Shown here: piece by piece, positions 15,001 through 30,000 of the stretch
Layout: every line of letters starts with the position of its first letter
Numbering within the stretch: position 1 is the stretch's first letter
Assembly (NCBI GenBank): GCA_046563655.1
Contig: CM102287.1
Location: 496,001 to 560,000, forward strand
Direction of reading: 5' to 3'
DNA length: 64,000 nucleotides
Source of the DNA: Yuukianura sp. NJ FZ-2021
Lineage: Eukaryota
The notes under the pieces: model-generated
Told to the model about the DNA's origin: nothing
The model's input: only the letters and a program-made list of their open reading frames with translations
The model's database searches: none
Made by a program: the position numbers and the translations under genes

Positions 15001-18000
15001 ACAAAGGAGAAGTGCCGGTGAAATGACAAGCTCGCCCTCACTACAGATACCTACCAGTACTCATTTTGACACTACGAATCACAATGACTCCGACGGCAAT
15101 GGAACTTCAGGGGATCCCATTATTACATTTTCTAAATCAAAATCGAACATTCAGCATTATTTGTTATTTTGATTAAAATTTTTAGGAAATACTTTTTTAT
15201 GTCATACTACCACCTTGCACTTCCAATAAAGCACACCTGAATAACTGGTGTTCAACAATAATCTGGAATTATATTTTAGCCCAACTCCACTATGCAACAA
15301 GTGCATAAATCTAACTGTCATTTTGGTATAAACTAATGTGGGAACTATACAACGAAGTTTTAAACATACTGAAAAGTGGAATTTATGCCTTGTTATCGCT
15401 TATAACCATCTTCAAGGAACGCATCTAATACCGGTCCACTTTGTTGTAGTGCATCAACGACTATTACACACGGTGAACCACTTGTTGTCAGCCTTCATTT
15501 TTGAGCACAAAGGAGAAGTGCCGGTGAAATGACAAGCTCGCCCTCACTACAGATACCAACCAGTACTCATTTTGACACTATGAATCACAATGACTCCGAC
15601 GGCAATGGAACTTCAGGGGATCCCATTATTACATTTTCTAAATCAAAATCGAACATTCAGCATTATTTGTTATTTTGATTAAAATTTTTAGGAAATACTT
15701 TTTTATGTCATACTACCACCTTGCACTTCCAATAAAGCACACCTGAATAACTGGTGTTCAACAATAATCTGGAATTATATTTTAGCCCAACTCCACTATG
15801 CAACAAGTGCATAAATCTAACTGTCATTTTGGTATAAACTAATGTGGGAACTATACAACAAAGTTTTAAACATACTGAAAAATGGAATTTATGCCTTGTT
15901 GTCGCTTATAACCATCTTCATGGAACGCATCTAATACCGGTCCACTTTGTCGTAGTGCATCAACGACTATTACACACGGTGAACCACTTGTTGTCAGCCT
16001 TCATCTTTGAGCACAAAGGAGAAGTGCCGGTGAAATGACAAGCTCGCCCTCACTACAGATACCTACCAGTACTCATTTTGACACTACGAATCACAATGAC
16101 TCCGACGGCAATGGAACTTCAGGGGATCCCATTATTACATTTTCTAAATCAAAATCGAACATTCAGCATTATTTGTTATTTTGATTAAAATTTTTAGGAA
16201 ATACTTTTTTATGTCATTCTACCACCTTGCACTTCCAAGAAAGCACACCTGAATAACTGGTGTTCAACAATAATCCGGAATTATATTTTAGCCCAACTTC
16301 ACTATGCAACAAGTGCATAAATCTAACTGTCATTTTGGTATAAACTAATGTGGGAACTATACAACAAAGTTTTAAACATACTGAAAAATGGAATTTATGC
16401 CTTGTTGTCGCTTATAACCATCTTCATGGAACGCATCTAATACCGGTCCACTTTGTCGTAGTGCATCAACGACTATTACACACAATGAACCACTTGTTGT
16501 CAGCCTTCATCTTTGAGCACCAAGGAGAAGTGCCGGTGAAATTACAAGCTCGCCCTCACTACAGATACCAACCAGTACTCATTTTGACACTATGAATCAC
16601 AATGACTCCGACGGCAATGGAACTTCAGGGGTTCCCATTATTACATTTTCTAAATCAAAATCGAACATTCAGCATTATTTGTTATTTTGATTAAAATTTT
16701 TAGGAAATACTTTTTTATGTCATACTACCACCTTGCACTTCCAATAAAGCACACCTGAATAACTGGTGTTCAACAATAATCTGGAATTATATTTTAGCCC
16801 AACTCCACTATGCAACAAGTGCATAAATCTAACTGTCATTTTGGTATAAACTAATGTGGGAACTATACAACGAAGTTTTAAACATACTGAAAAGTGGAAT
16901 TTATGCCTTGTTATCGCTTATAACCATCTGCAAGGAACGCATGTAATACCGGTCCACTTTGTCGTAGTGCATCAACGACTATTACACACGGTGAACCACT
17001 TGTTGTCAGCCTTCATTTTTGAGCACAAAGGAGAAGTGCCGGTGAAATGACAAGCTCGCCCTCACTACAGATACCAGCCAGTACTCATTTTGACACTATG
17101 AACCACAATGACTCCGACGGCAATGGAACTTCAGGGGATCCCATTATTACATTTTCTAAATCAAAATCGAACATTCAGCATTATTTGTTATTTTGATTAA
17201 AATTTTTAGGAAATACTTTTTTATGTCATACTACCACCTTGCACTTCCAATAAAGCACACCTGAATAACTGGTGTTCAACAATAATCCGGAATTATATTT
17301 TAGCCCAACTTCACTATGCAACAAGTGCATAAATCTAACTGTCATTTTGGTATAAACTAATGTGGGAACTATACAACAAAGTTTTAAAAATACTGAAAAA
17401 TGGAATTTATGCCTTGTTGTCGCTTATAACCATCTTCATGGAACGCATCTAATACCGGTCCACTTTGTCGTAGTGCATCAACGACTATTACACACGGTGA
17501 ACCACTTGTTGTCAGCCTTCATCTTTGAGCACAAAGGAGAAGTGCCGGTGAAATGACAAGCTCGCCCTCACTACAGATACCTACCAGTACTCATTTTGAC
17601 ACTACGAATCACAATGACTCCGACGGCAATGGAACTTCAGGGGATCCCATTATTACATTTTCTAAATCAAAATCGAACATTCAGCATTATTTGTTATTTT
17701 GATTAAAATTTTTAGGAAATACTTTTTTATGTCATTCTACCACCTTGCACTTCCAAGAAAGCACACCTGAATAACTGGTGTTCAACAATAATCCGGAATT
17801 ATATTTTAGCCCAACTTCACTATGCAACAAGTGCATAAATCTAACTGTCATTTTGGTATAAACTAATGTGGGAACTATACAACAAAGTTTTAAACATACT
17901 GAAAAATGGAATTTATGCCTTGTTGTCGCTTATAACCATCTTCATGGAACGCATCTAATACCGGTCCACTTTGTCGTAGTGCATCAACGACTATTACACA

Positions 18001-21000
18001 CAATGAACCACTTGTTGTCAGCCTTCATCTTTGAGCACAAAGGAGAAGTGCCGGTGAAATGACAAGCTCGCCCTCACTACAGATACCAGCCAGTACTCAT
18101 TTTGACACTATGAATCACAATGACTCCGACGGCAATGGAACTTCAGGGGATCCCATTATTACATTTTCTAAATCAAAATCGAACATTCAGCATTATTTGT
18201 TATTTTGATTAAAATTTTTAGGAAATACTTTTTTATGTCATTCTACCACCTTGCACTTCCAATAAAGCACACCTGAATAACTGGTGTTCAACAATAATCC
18301 GGAATTATATTTTAGCCCAACTTCACTATGCAACAAGTGCATAAATCTAACTGTCATTTTGGTATAAACTAATGTGGGAACTATACAACAAAGTTTTAAA
18401 CATACTGAAAAATGGAATTTATGCCTTGTTGTCGCTTATAACCATCTTCATGGAACGCATCTAATACCGGTCCACTTTGTCGTAGTGCATCAACGACTAT
18501 TACACACGGTGAACCACTTGTTGTCAGCCTTCATCTTTGAGCACAAAGGAGAAGTGCCGGTGAAATGACAAGCTCGCCCTCACTACAGATACCTACCAGT
18601 ACTCATTTTGACACTACGAATCACAATGACTCCGACGGCAATGGAACTTCAGGGGATCCCATTATTACATTTTCTAAATCAAAATCGAACATTCAGCATT
18701 ATTTGTTATTTTGATTAAAATTTTTAGGAAATACTTTTTTATGTCATTCTACCACCTTGCACTTCCAATAAAGCACACCTGAATAACTGGTGTTCAACAA
18801 TAATCCGGAATTATATTTTAGCCCAACTTCACTATGCAACAAGTGCATAAATCTAACTGTCATTTTGGTATAAACTAATGTGGGAACTATACAACAAAGT
18901 TTTAAACATACTGAAAAATGGAATTTATGCCTTGTTGTCGCTTATAACCATCTTCATGGAACGCATCTAATACCGGTCCACTTTGTCGTAGTGCATCAAC
19001 GACTATTACACACGGTGAACCACTTGTTGTCAGCCTTCATTTTTGAGCACAAAGGAGAAGTGCCGGTGAAATGACAAGCTCGCCCTCACTACAGATACCA
19101 GCCAGTACTCATTTTGACACTATGAATCACAATGACTCCGACGGCAATGGAACTTCAGGGGATCCCATTATTACATTTTCTAAATCAAAATCGAACATTC
19201 AGCATTATTTGTTATTTTGATTAAAATTTTTAGGAAATACTTTTTTATGTCATTCTACCACCTTGCACTTGCAATAAAGCACACCTGAATAACTGGTGTT
19301 CAACAATAATCCGGAATTATATTTTAGCCCAACTTCACTATGCAACAAGTGCATAAATCTAACTGTCATTTTGGTATAAACTAATGTGGGAACTATACAA
19401 CGAAGTTTTAAACATACTGAAAAGTGGAATTTATGCCTTGTTATCGCTTATAACCATCTGCAAGGAACGCATGTAATACCGGTCCACTTTGTCGTAGTGC
19501 ATCAACGACTATTACACACGGTGAACCACTTGTTGTCAGCCTTCATCTTTGAGCACAAAGGAGAAGTGCCGGTGAAATGACAAGCTCGCCCTCACTACAG
19601 ATACCTACCAGTACTCATTTTGACACTACGAATCACAATGACTCCGACGGCAATGGAACTTCAGGGGATCCCATTATTACATTTTCTAAATCAAAATCGA
19701 ACATTCAGCATTATTTGTTATTTTGATTAAAATTTTGAGGAAATACTTTTTTATGTCATTCTACCACCTTGCACTTCCAATAAAGCACACCTGAATAACT
19801 GGTGTTCAACAATAATCCGGAATTATATTTTAGCCCAACTTCACTATGCAACAAGTGCATAAATCTAACTGTCATTTTGGTATAAACTAATGTGGGAACT
19901 ATACAACAAAGTTTTAAACATACTGAAAAATGGAATTTATGCCTTGTTGTCGCTTATAACCATCTTCATGGAACGCATCTAATACCGGTCCACTTTGTCG
20001 TAGTGCATCAACGACTATTACACACGGTGAACCACTTGTTGTCAGCCTTCATCTTTGAGCACAAAGGAGAAGTGCCGGTGAAATGACAAGCTCGCCCTCA
20101 CTACAGATACCTACCAGTACTCATTTTGACACTACGAATCACAATGACTCCGACGGCAATGGAACTTCAGGGGATCCCATTATTACATTTTCTAAATCAA
20201 AATCGAACATTCAGCATTATTTGTTATTTTGATTAAAATTTTTAGGAAATACTTTTTTATGTCATTCTACCACCTTGCACTTCCAATAAAGAACACCTGA
20301 ATAACTGGTGTTCAACAATAATCCGGAATTATATTTTAGCCCAACTTCACTATGCAACAAGTGCATAAATCTAACTGTCATTTTGGTATAAACTAATGTG
20401 GGAACTATACAACAAAGTTTTAAACATACTGAAAAATGGAATTTATGCCTTGTTGTCGCTTATAACCATCTTCATGGAACGCATCTAATACCGGTCCACT
20501 TTGTCGTAGTGCATCAACGACTATTACACACGGTGAACCACTTGTTGTCAGCCTTCATCTTTGAACACCAAGGAGAAGTGCCGGTGAAATTACAAGCTCG
20601 CCCTCACTACAGATACCAACCAGTACTCATTTTGACACTATGAATCACAATGACTCCGACGGCAATGGAACTTCAGGGGTTCCCATTATTACATTTTCTA
20701 AATCAAAATCGAACATTCAGCATTATTTGTTATTTTGATTAAAATTTTTAGGAAATACTTTTTTATGTCATACTACCACCTTGCACTTCCAATAAAGCAC
20801 ACCTGAATAACTGGTGTTCAACAATAATCTGGAATTATATTTTAGCCCAACTCCACTATGCAACAAGTGCATAAATCTAACTGTCATTTTGGTATAAACT
20901 AATGTGGGAACTATACAACGAAGTTTTAAACATACTGAAAAGTGGAATTTATGCCTTGTTATCGCTTATAACCATCTGCAAGGAACGCATGTAATACCGG

Positions 21001-24000
21001 TCCACTTTGTCGTAGTGCATCAACGACTATTACACACGGTGAACCACTTGTTGTCAGCCTTCATTTTTGAGCACAAAGGAGAAGTGCCGGTGAAATGACA
21101 AGCTCGCCCTCACTACAGATACCAGCCAGTACTCATTTTGACACTATGAATCACAATGACTCCGACGGCAATGGAACTTCAGGGGATCCCATTATTACAT
21201 TTTCTAAATCAAAATCGAACATTCAGCATTATTTGTTATTTTGATTAAAATTTTTAGGAAATACTTTTTTATGTCATACTACCACCTTGCACTTCCAATA
21301 AAGCACACCTGAATAACTGGTGTTCAACAATAATCTGGAATTATATTTTAGCCCAACTTCACTATGCAACAAGTGCATAAATCTAACTGTCATTTTGGTA
21401 TAAACTAATGTGGGAACTATACAACAAAGTTTTAAACATACTGAAAAATGGAATTTATGCCTTGTTGTCGCTTATAACCATCTTCATGGAACGCATCTAA
21501 TACCGGTCCACTTTGTCGTAGTGCATCAACGACTATTACACACGGTGAACCACTTGTTGTCAGCCTTCATCTTTGAGCACCAAGGAGAAGTGCCGGTGAA
21601 ATTACAAGCTCGCCCTCACTACAGATACCAACCAGTACTCATTTTGACACTATGAATCACAATGACTCCGACGGCAATGGAACTTCAGGGGTTCCCATTA
21701 TTACATTTTCTAAATCAAAATCGAACATTCAGCATTATTTGTTATTTTGATTAAAATTTTTAGGAAATACTTTTTTATGTCATACTACCACCTTGCACTT
21801 CCAATAAAGCACACCTGAATAACTGGTGTTCAACAATAATCTGGAATTATATTTTAGCCCAACTCCACTATGCAACAAGTGCATAAATCTAACTGTCATT
21901 TTGGTATAAACTAATGTGGGAACTATACAACGAAGTTTTAAACATACTGAAAAGTGGAATTTATGCCTTGTTATCGCTTATAACCATCTGCAAGGAACGC
22001 ATGTAATACCGGTCCACTTTGTCGTAGTGCATCAACGACTATTACACACGGTGAACCACTTGTTGTCAGCCTTCATTTTTGAGCACAAAGGAGAAGTGCC
22101 GGTGAAATGACAAGCTCGCCCTCACTACAGATACCAACCAGTACTCATTTTGACACTATGAATCACAATGACTCCGACGGCAATGGAACTTCAGGGGATC
22201 CCATTATTACATTTTCTAAATCAAAATCGAACATTCAGCATTATTTGTTATTTTGATTAAAATTTTTAGGAAATACTTTTTTATGTCATACTACCACCTT
22301 GCACTTCCAATAAAGCACACCTGAATAACTGGTGTTCAACAATAATCTGGAATTATATTTTAGCCCAACTCCACTATGCAACAAGTGCATAAATCTAACT
22401 GTCATTTTGGTATAAACTAATGTGGGAACTATACAACGAAGTTTTAAACATACTGAAAAGTGGAATTTATGCCTTGTTATCGCTTATAACCATCTGCAAG
22501 GAACGCATCTAATACCGGTCCACTTTGTCGTAGTGCATCAACGACTATTACACACGGTGAACCACTTGTTGTCAGCCTTCATTTTTGAGCACAAAGGAGA
22601 AGTGCCGGTGAAATGACAAGCTCGCCCTCACTACAGATACCAACCAGTACTCATTTTGACACTATGAATCACAATGACTCCGACGGCAATGGAACTTCAG
22701 GGGATCCCATTATTACATTTTCTAAATCAAAATCGAACATTCAGCATTATTTGTTATTTTGATTAAAATTTTTAGGAAATACTTTTTTATGTCATACTAC
22801 CACCTTGCACTTCCAATAAAGCACACCTGAATAACTGGTGTTCAACAATAATCTGGAATTATATTTTAGCCCAACTCCACTATGCAACAAGTGCATAAAT
22901 CTAACTGTCATTTTGGTATAAACTAATGTGGGAACTATACAACGAAGTTTTAAACATACTGAAAAGTGGAATTTATGCCTTGTTATCGCTTATAACCATC
23001 TGCAAGGAACGCATCTAATACCGGTCCACTTTGTCGTAGTGCATCAACGACTATTACACACGGTGAACCACTTGTTGTCAGCCTTCATTTTTGAGCACAA
23101 AGGAGAAGTGCCGGTGAAATGACAAGCTCGCCCTCACTACAGATACCAACCAGTACTCATTTTGACACTATGAATCACAATGACTCCGACGGCAATGGAA
23201 CTTCAGGGGATCCCATTATTACATTTTCTAAATCAAAATCGAACATTCAGCATTATTTGTTATTTTGATTAAAATTTTTAGGAAATACTTTTTTATGTCA
23301 TACTACCACCTTGCACTTCCAATAAAGCACACCTGAATAACTGGTGTTCAACAATAATCTGGAATTATATTTTAGCCCAACTCCACTATGCAACAAGTGC
23401 ATAAATCTAACTGTCATTTTGGTATAAACTAATGTGGGAACTATACAACGAAGTTTTAAACATACTGAAAAGTGGAATTTATGCCTTGTTATCGCTTATA
23501 ACCATCTGCAAGGAACGCATCTAATACCGGTCCACTTTGTCGTAGTGCATCAACGACTATTACACACGGTGAACCACTTGTTGTCAGCCTTCATTTTTGA
23601 GCACAAAGGAGAAGTGCCGGTGAAATGACAAGCTCGCCCTCACTACAGATACCAACCAGTACTCATTTTGACACTATGAATCACAATGACTCCGACGGCA
23701 ATGGAACTTCAGGGGATCCCATTATTACATTTTCTAAATCAAAATCGAACATTCAGCATTATTTGTTATTTTGATTAAAATTTTTAGGAAATACTTTTTT
23801 ATGTCATACTACCACCTTGCACTTCCAATAAAGCACACCTGAATAACTGGTGTTCAACAATAATCTGGAATTATATTTTAGCCCAACTCCACTATGCAAC
23901 AAGTGCATAAATCTAACTGTCATTTTGGTATAAACTAATGTGGGAACTATACAACGAAGTTTTAAACATACTGAAAAGTGGAATTTATGCCTTGTTATCG

Positions 24001-27000
24001 CTTATAACCATCTGCAAGGAACGCATCTAATACCGGTCCACTTTGTCGTAGTGCATCAACGACTATTACACACGGTGAACCACTTGTTGTCAGCCTTCAT
24101 TTTTGAGCACAAAGGAGAAGTGCCGGTGAAATGACAAGCTCGCCCTCACTACAGATACCAACCAGTACTCATTTTGACACTATGAATCACAATGACTCCG
24201 ACGGCAATGGAACTTCAGGGGATCCCATTATTACATTTTCTAAATCAAAATCGAACATTCAGCATTATTTGTTATTTTGATTAAAATTTTTAGGAAATAC
24301 TTTTTTATGTCATACTACCACCTTGCACTTCCAATAAAGCACACCTGAATAACTGGTGTTCAACAATAATCTGGAATTATATTTTAGCCCAACTCCACTA
24401 TGCAACAAGTGCATAAATCTAACTGTCATTTTGGTATAAACTAATGTGGGAACTATACAACGAAGTTTTAAACATACTGAAAAGTGGAATTTATGCCTTG
24501 TTATCGCTTATAACCATCTGCAAGGAACGCATCTAATACCGGTCCACTTTGTCGTAGTGCATCAACGACTATTACACACGGTGAACCACTTGTTGTCAGC
24601 CTTCATTTTTGAGCACAAAGGAGAAGTGCCGGTGAAATGACAAGCTCGCCCTCACTACAGATACCAACCAGTACTCATTTTGACACTATGAATCACAATG
24701 ACTCCGACGGCAATGGAACTTCAGGGGATCCCATTATTACATTTTCTAAATCAAAATCGAACATTCAGCATTATTTGTTATTTTGATTAAAATTTTTAGG
24801 AAATACTTTTTTATGTCATACTACCACCTTGCACTTCCAATAAAGCACACCTGAATAACTGGTGTTCAACAATAATCTGGAATTATATTTTAGCCCAACT
24901 CCACTATGCAACAAGTGCATAAATCTAACTGTCATTTTGGTATAAACTAATGTGGGAACTATACAACGAAGTTTTAAACATACTGAAAAGTGGAATTTAT
25001 GCCTTGTTATCGCTTATAACCATCTGCAAGGAACGCATCTAATACCGGTCCACTTTGTCGTAGTGCATCAACGACTATTACACACGGTGAACCACTTGTT
25101 GTCAGCCTTCATTTTTGAGCACAAAGGAGAAGTGCCGGTGAAATGACAAGCTCGCCCTCACTACAGATACCAGCCAGTACTCATTTTGACACTATGAATC
25201 ACAATGACTCCGACGGCAATGGAACTTCAGGGGATCCCATTATTACATTTTCTAAATCAAAATCGAACATTCAGCATTATTTGTTATTTTGATTAAAATT
25301 TTTAGGAAATACTTTTTTATGTCATACTACCACCTTGCACTTCCAATAAAGCACACCTGAATAACTGGTGTTCAACAATAATCTGGAATTATATTTTAGC
25401 CCAACTCCACTATGCAACAAGTGCATAAATCTAACTGTCATTTTGGTATAAACTAATGTGGGAACTATACAACGAAGTTTTAAACATACTGAAAAGTGGA
25501 ATTTATGCCTTGTTATCGCTTATAACCATCTTCATGGAACGCATCTAATACCGGTCCACTTTGTCGTAGTGCATCAACGACTATTACACACGGTGAACCA
25601 CTTGTTGTCAGCCTTCATCTTTGAGCACAAAGGAGAAGTGCCGGTGAAATGACAAGCTCGCCCTCACTACAGATACCAACCAGTACTCATTTTGACACTA
25701 TGAATCACAATGACTCCGACGGCAATGGAACTTCAGGGGATCCCATTATTACATTTTCTAAATCAAAATCGAACATTCAGCATTATTTGTTATTTTGATT
25801 AAAATTTTTAGGAAATACTTTTTTATGTCATACTACCACCTTGCACTTCCAATAAAGCACACCTGAATAACTGGTGTTCAACAATAATCTGGAATTATAT
25901 TTTAGCCCAACTCCACTATGCAACAAGTGCATAAATCTAACTGTCATTTTGGTATAAACTAATGTGGGAACTATACAACGAAGTTTTAAACATACTGAAA
26001 AATGGAATTTATGCCTTGTTATCGCTTATAACCATCTTCATGGAACGCATCTAATACCGGTCCACTTTGTCGTAGTGCATCAACGACTATTACACACGGT
26101 GAACCACTTGTTGTCAGCCTTCATCTTTGAGCACAAAGGAGAAGTGCCGGTGAAATGACAAGCTCGCCCTCACTACAGATACCAACCAGTACTCATTTTG
26201 ACACTATGAATCACAATGACTCCGACGGCAATGGAACTTCAGGGGATCCCATTATTACATTTTCTAAATCAAAATCGAACATTCAGCATTATTTGTTATT
26301 TTGATTAAAATTTTTAGGAAATACTTTTTTATGTCATACTACCACCTTGCACTTCCAATAAAGCACACCTGAATAACTGGTGTTCAACAATAATCTGGAA
26401 TTATATTTTAGCCCAACTCCACTATGCAACAAGTGCATAAATCTAACTGTCATTTTGGTATAAACTAATGTGGGAACTATACAACGAAGTTTTAAACATA
26501 CTGAAAAATGGAATTTATGCCTTGTTATCGCTTATAACCATCTTCATGGAACGCATCTAATACCGGTCCACTTTGTCGTAGTGCATCAACGACTATTACA
26601 CACGGTGAACCACTTGTTGTCAGCCTTCATCTTTGAGCACAAAGGAGAAGTGCCGGTGAAATGACAAGCTCGCCCTCACTACAGATACCAACCAGTACTC
26701 ATTTTGACACTATGAATCACAATGACTCCGACGGCAATGGAACTTCAGGGGATCCCATTATTACATTTTCTAAATCAAAATCGAACATTCAGCATTATTT
26801 GTTATTTTGATTAAAATTTTTAGGAAATACTTTTTTATGTCATACTACCACCTTGCACTTCCAATAAAGCACACCTGAATAACTGGTGTTCAACAATAAT
26901 CTGGAATTATATTTTAGCCCAACTCCACTATGCAACAAGTGCATAAATCTAACTGTCATTTTGGTATAAACTAATGTGGGAACTATACAACGAAGTTTTA

Positions 27001-30000
27001 AACATACTGAAAAATGGAATTTATGCCTTGTTATCGCTTATAACCATCTTCATGGAACGCATCTAATACCGGTCCACTTTGTCGTAGTGCATCAACGACT
27101 ATTACACACGGTGAACCACTTGTTGTCAGCCTTCATCTTTGAGCACAAAGGAGAAGTGCCGGTGAAATTACAAGCTCGCCCTCACTACAGATACCAACCA
27201 GTACTCATTTTGACACTATGAATCACAATGACTCCGACGGCAATGGAACTTCAGGGGTTCCCATTATTACATTTTCTAAATCAAAATCGAACATTCAGCA
27301 TTATTTGTTATTTTGATTAAAATTTTTAGGAAATACTTTTTTATGTCATACTACCACCTTGCACTTCCAATAAAGCACACCTGAATAACTGGTGTTCAAC
27401 AATAATCTGGAATTATATTTTAGCCCAACTCCACTATGCAACAAGTGCATAAATCTAACTGTCATTTTGGTATAAACTAATGTGGGAACTATACAACGAA
27501 GTTTTAAACATACTGAAAAGTGGAATTTATGCCTTGTTATCGCTTATAACCATCTGCAAGGAACGCATCTAATACCGGTCCACTTTGTCGTAGTGCATCA
27601 ACGACTATTACACACGGTGAACCACTTGTTGTCAGCCTTCATTTTTGAGCACAAAGGAGAAGTGCCGGTGAAATGACAAGCTCGCCCTCACTACAGATAC
27701 CAGCCAGTACTCATTTTGACACTATGAATCACAATGACTCCGACGGCAATGGAACTTCAGGGGATCCCATTATTACATTTTCTAAATCAAAATCGAACAT
27801 TCAGCATTATTTGTTATTTTGATTAAAATTTTTAGGAAATACTTTTTTATGTCATACTACCACCTTGCACTTCCAATAAAGCACACCTGAATAACTGGTG
27901 TTCAACAATAATCTGGAATTATATTTTAGCCCAACTCCACTATGCAACAAGTGCATAAATCTAACTGTCATTTTGGTATAAACTAATGTGGGAACTATAC
28001 AACGAAGTTTTAAACATACTGAAAAATGGAATTTATGCCTTGTTATCGCTTATAACCATCTTCATGGAACGCATCTAATACCGGTCCACTTTGTCGTAGT
28101 GCATCAACGACTATTACACACGGTGAACCACTTGTTGTCAGCCTTCATCTTTGAGCTCAAAGGAGAAGTGCCGGTGAAATGACAAGCTCGCCCTCACTAC
28201 AGATACCAACCAGTACTCATTTTGACACTATGAATCACAATGACTCCGACGGCAATGGAACTTCAGGGGATCCCATTATTACATTTTCTAAATCAAAATC
28301 GAACATTCAGCATTATTTGTTATTTTGATTAAAATTTTTAGGAAATACTTTTTTATGTCATACTACCACCTTGCACTTCCAATAAAGCACACCTGAATAA
28401 CTGGTGTTCAACAATAATCTGGAATTATATTTTAGCCCAACTCCACTATGCAACAAGTGCATAAATCTAACTGTCATTTTGGTATAAACTAATGTGGGAA
28501 CTATACAACGAAGTTTTAAACATACTGAAAAGTGGAATTTATGCCTTGTTATCGCTTATAACCATCTGCAAGGAACGCATCTAATACCGGTCCACTTTGT
28601 CGTAGTGCATCAACGACTATTACACACGGTGAACCACTTGTTGTCAGCCTTCATTTTTGAGCACAAAGGAGAAGTGCCGGTGAAATGACAAGCTCGCCCT
28701 CACTACAGATACCAACCAGTACTCATTTTGACACTATGAATCACAATGACTCCGACGGCAATGGAACTTCAGGGGATCCCATTATTACATTTTCTAAATC
28801 AAAATCGAACATTCAGCATTATTTGTTATTTTGATTAAAATTTTTAGGAAATACTTTTTTATGTCATACTACCACCTTGCACTTCCAATAAAGCACACCT
28901 GAATAACTGGTGTTCAACAATAATCTGGAATTATATTTTAGCCCAACTCCACTATGCAACAAGTGCATAAATCTAACTGTCATTTTGGTATAAACTAATG
29001 TGGGAACTATACAACGAAGTTTTAAACATACTGAAAAATGGAATTTATGCCTTGTTATCGCTTATAACCATCTTCATGGAACGCATCTAATACCGGTCCA
29101 CTTTGTCGTAGTGCATCAACGACTATTACACACGGTGAACCACTTGTTGTCAGCCTTCATTTTTGAGCACAAAGGAGAAGTGCCGGTGAAATGACAAGCT
29201 CGCCCTCACTACAGATACCAACCAGTACTCATTTTGACACTATGAATCACAATGACTCCGACGGCAATGGAACTTCAGGGGATCCCATTATTACATTTTC
29301 TAAATCAAAATCGAACATTCAGCATTATTTGTTATTTTGATTAAAATTTTTAGGAAATACTTTTTTATGTCATACTACCACCTTGCACTTCCAATAAAGC
29401 ACACCTGAATAACTGGTGTTCAACAATAATCTGGAATTATATTTTAGCCCAACTCCACTATGCAACAAGTGCATAAATCTAACTGTCATTTTGGTATAAA
29501 CTAATGTGGGAACTATACAACGAAGTTTTAAACATACTGAAAAGTGGAATTTATGCCTTGTTATCGCTTATAACCATCTTCATGGAACGCATCTAATACC
29601 GGTCCACTTTGTCGTAGTGCATCAACGACTATTACACACGGTGAACCACTTGTTGTCAGCCTTCATTTTTGAGCACAAAGGAGAAGTGCCGGTGAAATGA
29701 CAAGCTCGCCCTCACTACAGATACCAACCAGTACTCATTTTGACACTATGAATCACAATGACTCCGACGGCAATGGAACTTCAGGGGTTCCCATTATTAC
29801 ATTTTCTAAATCAAAATCGAACATTCAGCATTATTTGTTATTTTGATTAAAATTTTTAGGAAATACTTTTTTATGTCATACTACCACCTTGCACTTCCAA
29901 TAAAGCACACCTGAATAACTGGTGTTCAACAATAATCTGGAATTATATTTTAGCCCAACTCCACTATGCAACAAGTGCATAAATCTAACTGTCATTTTGG

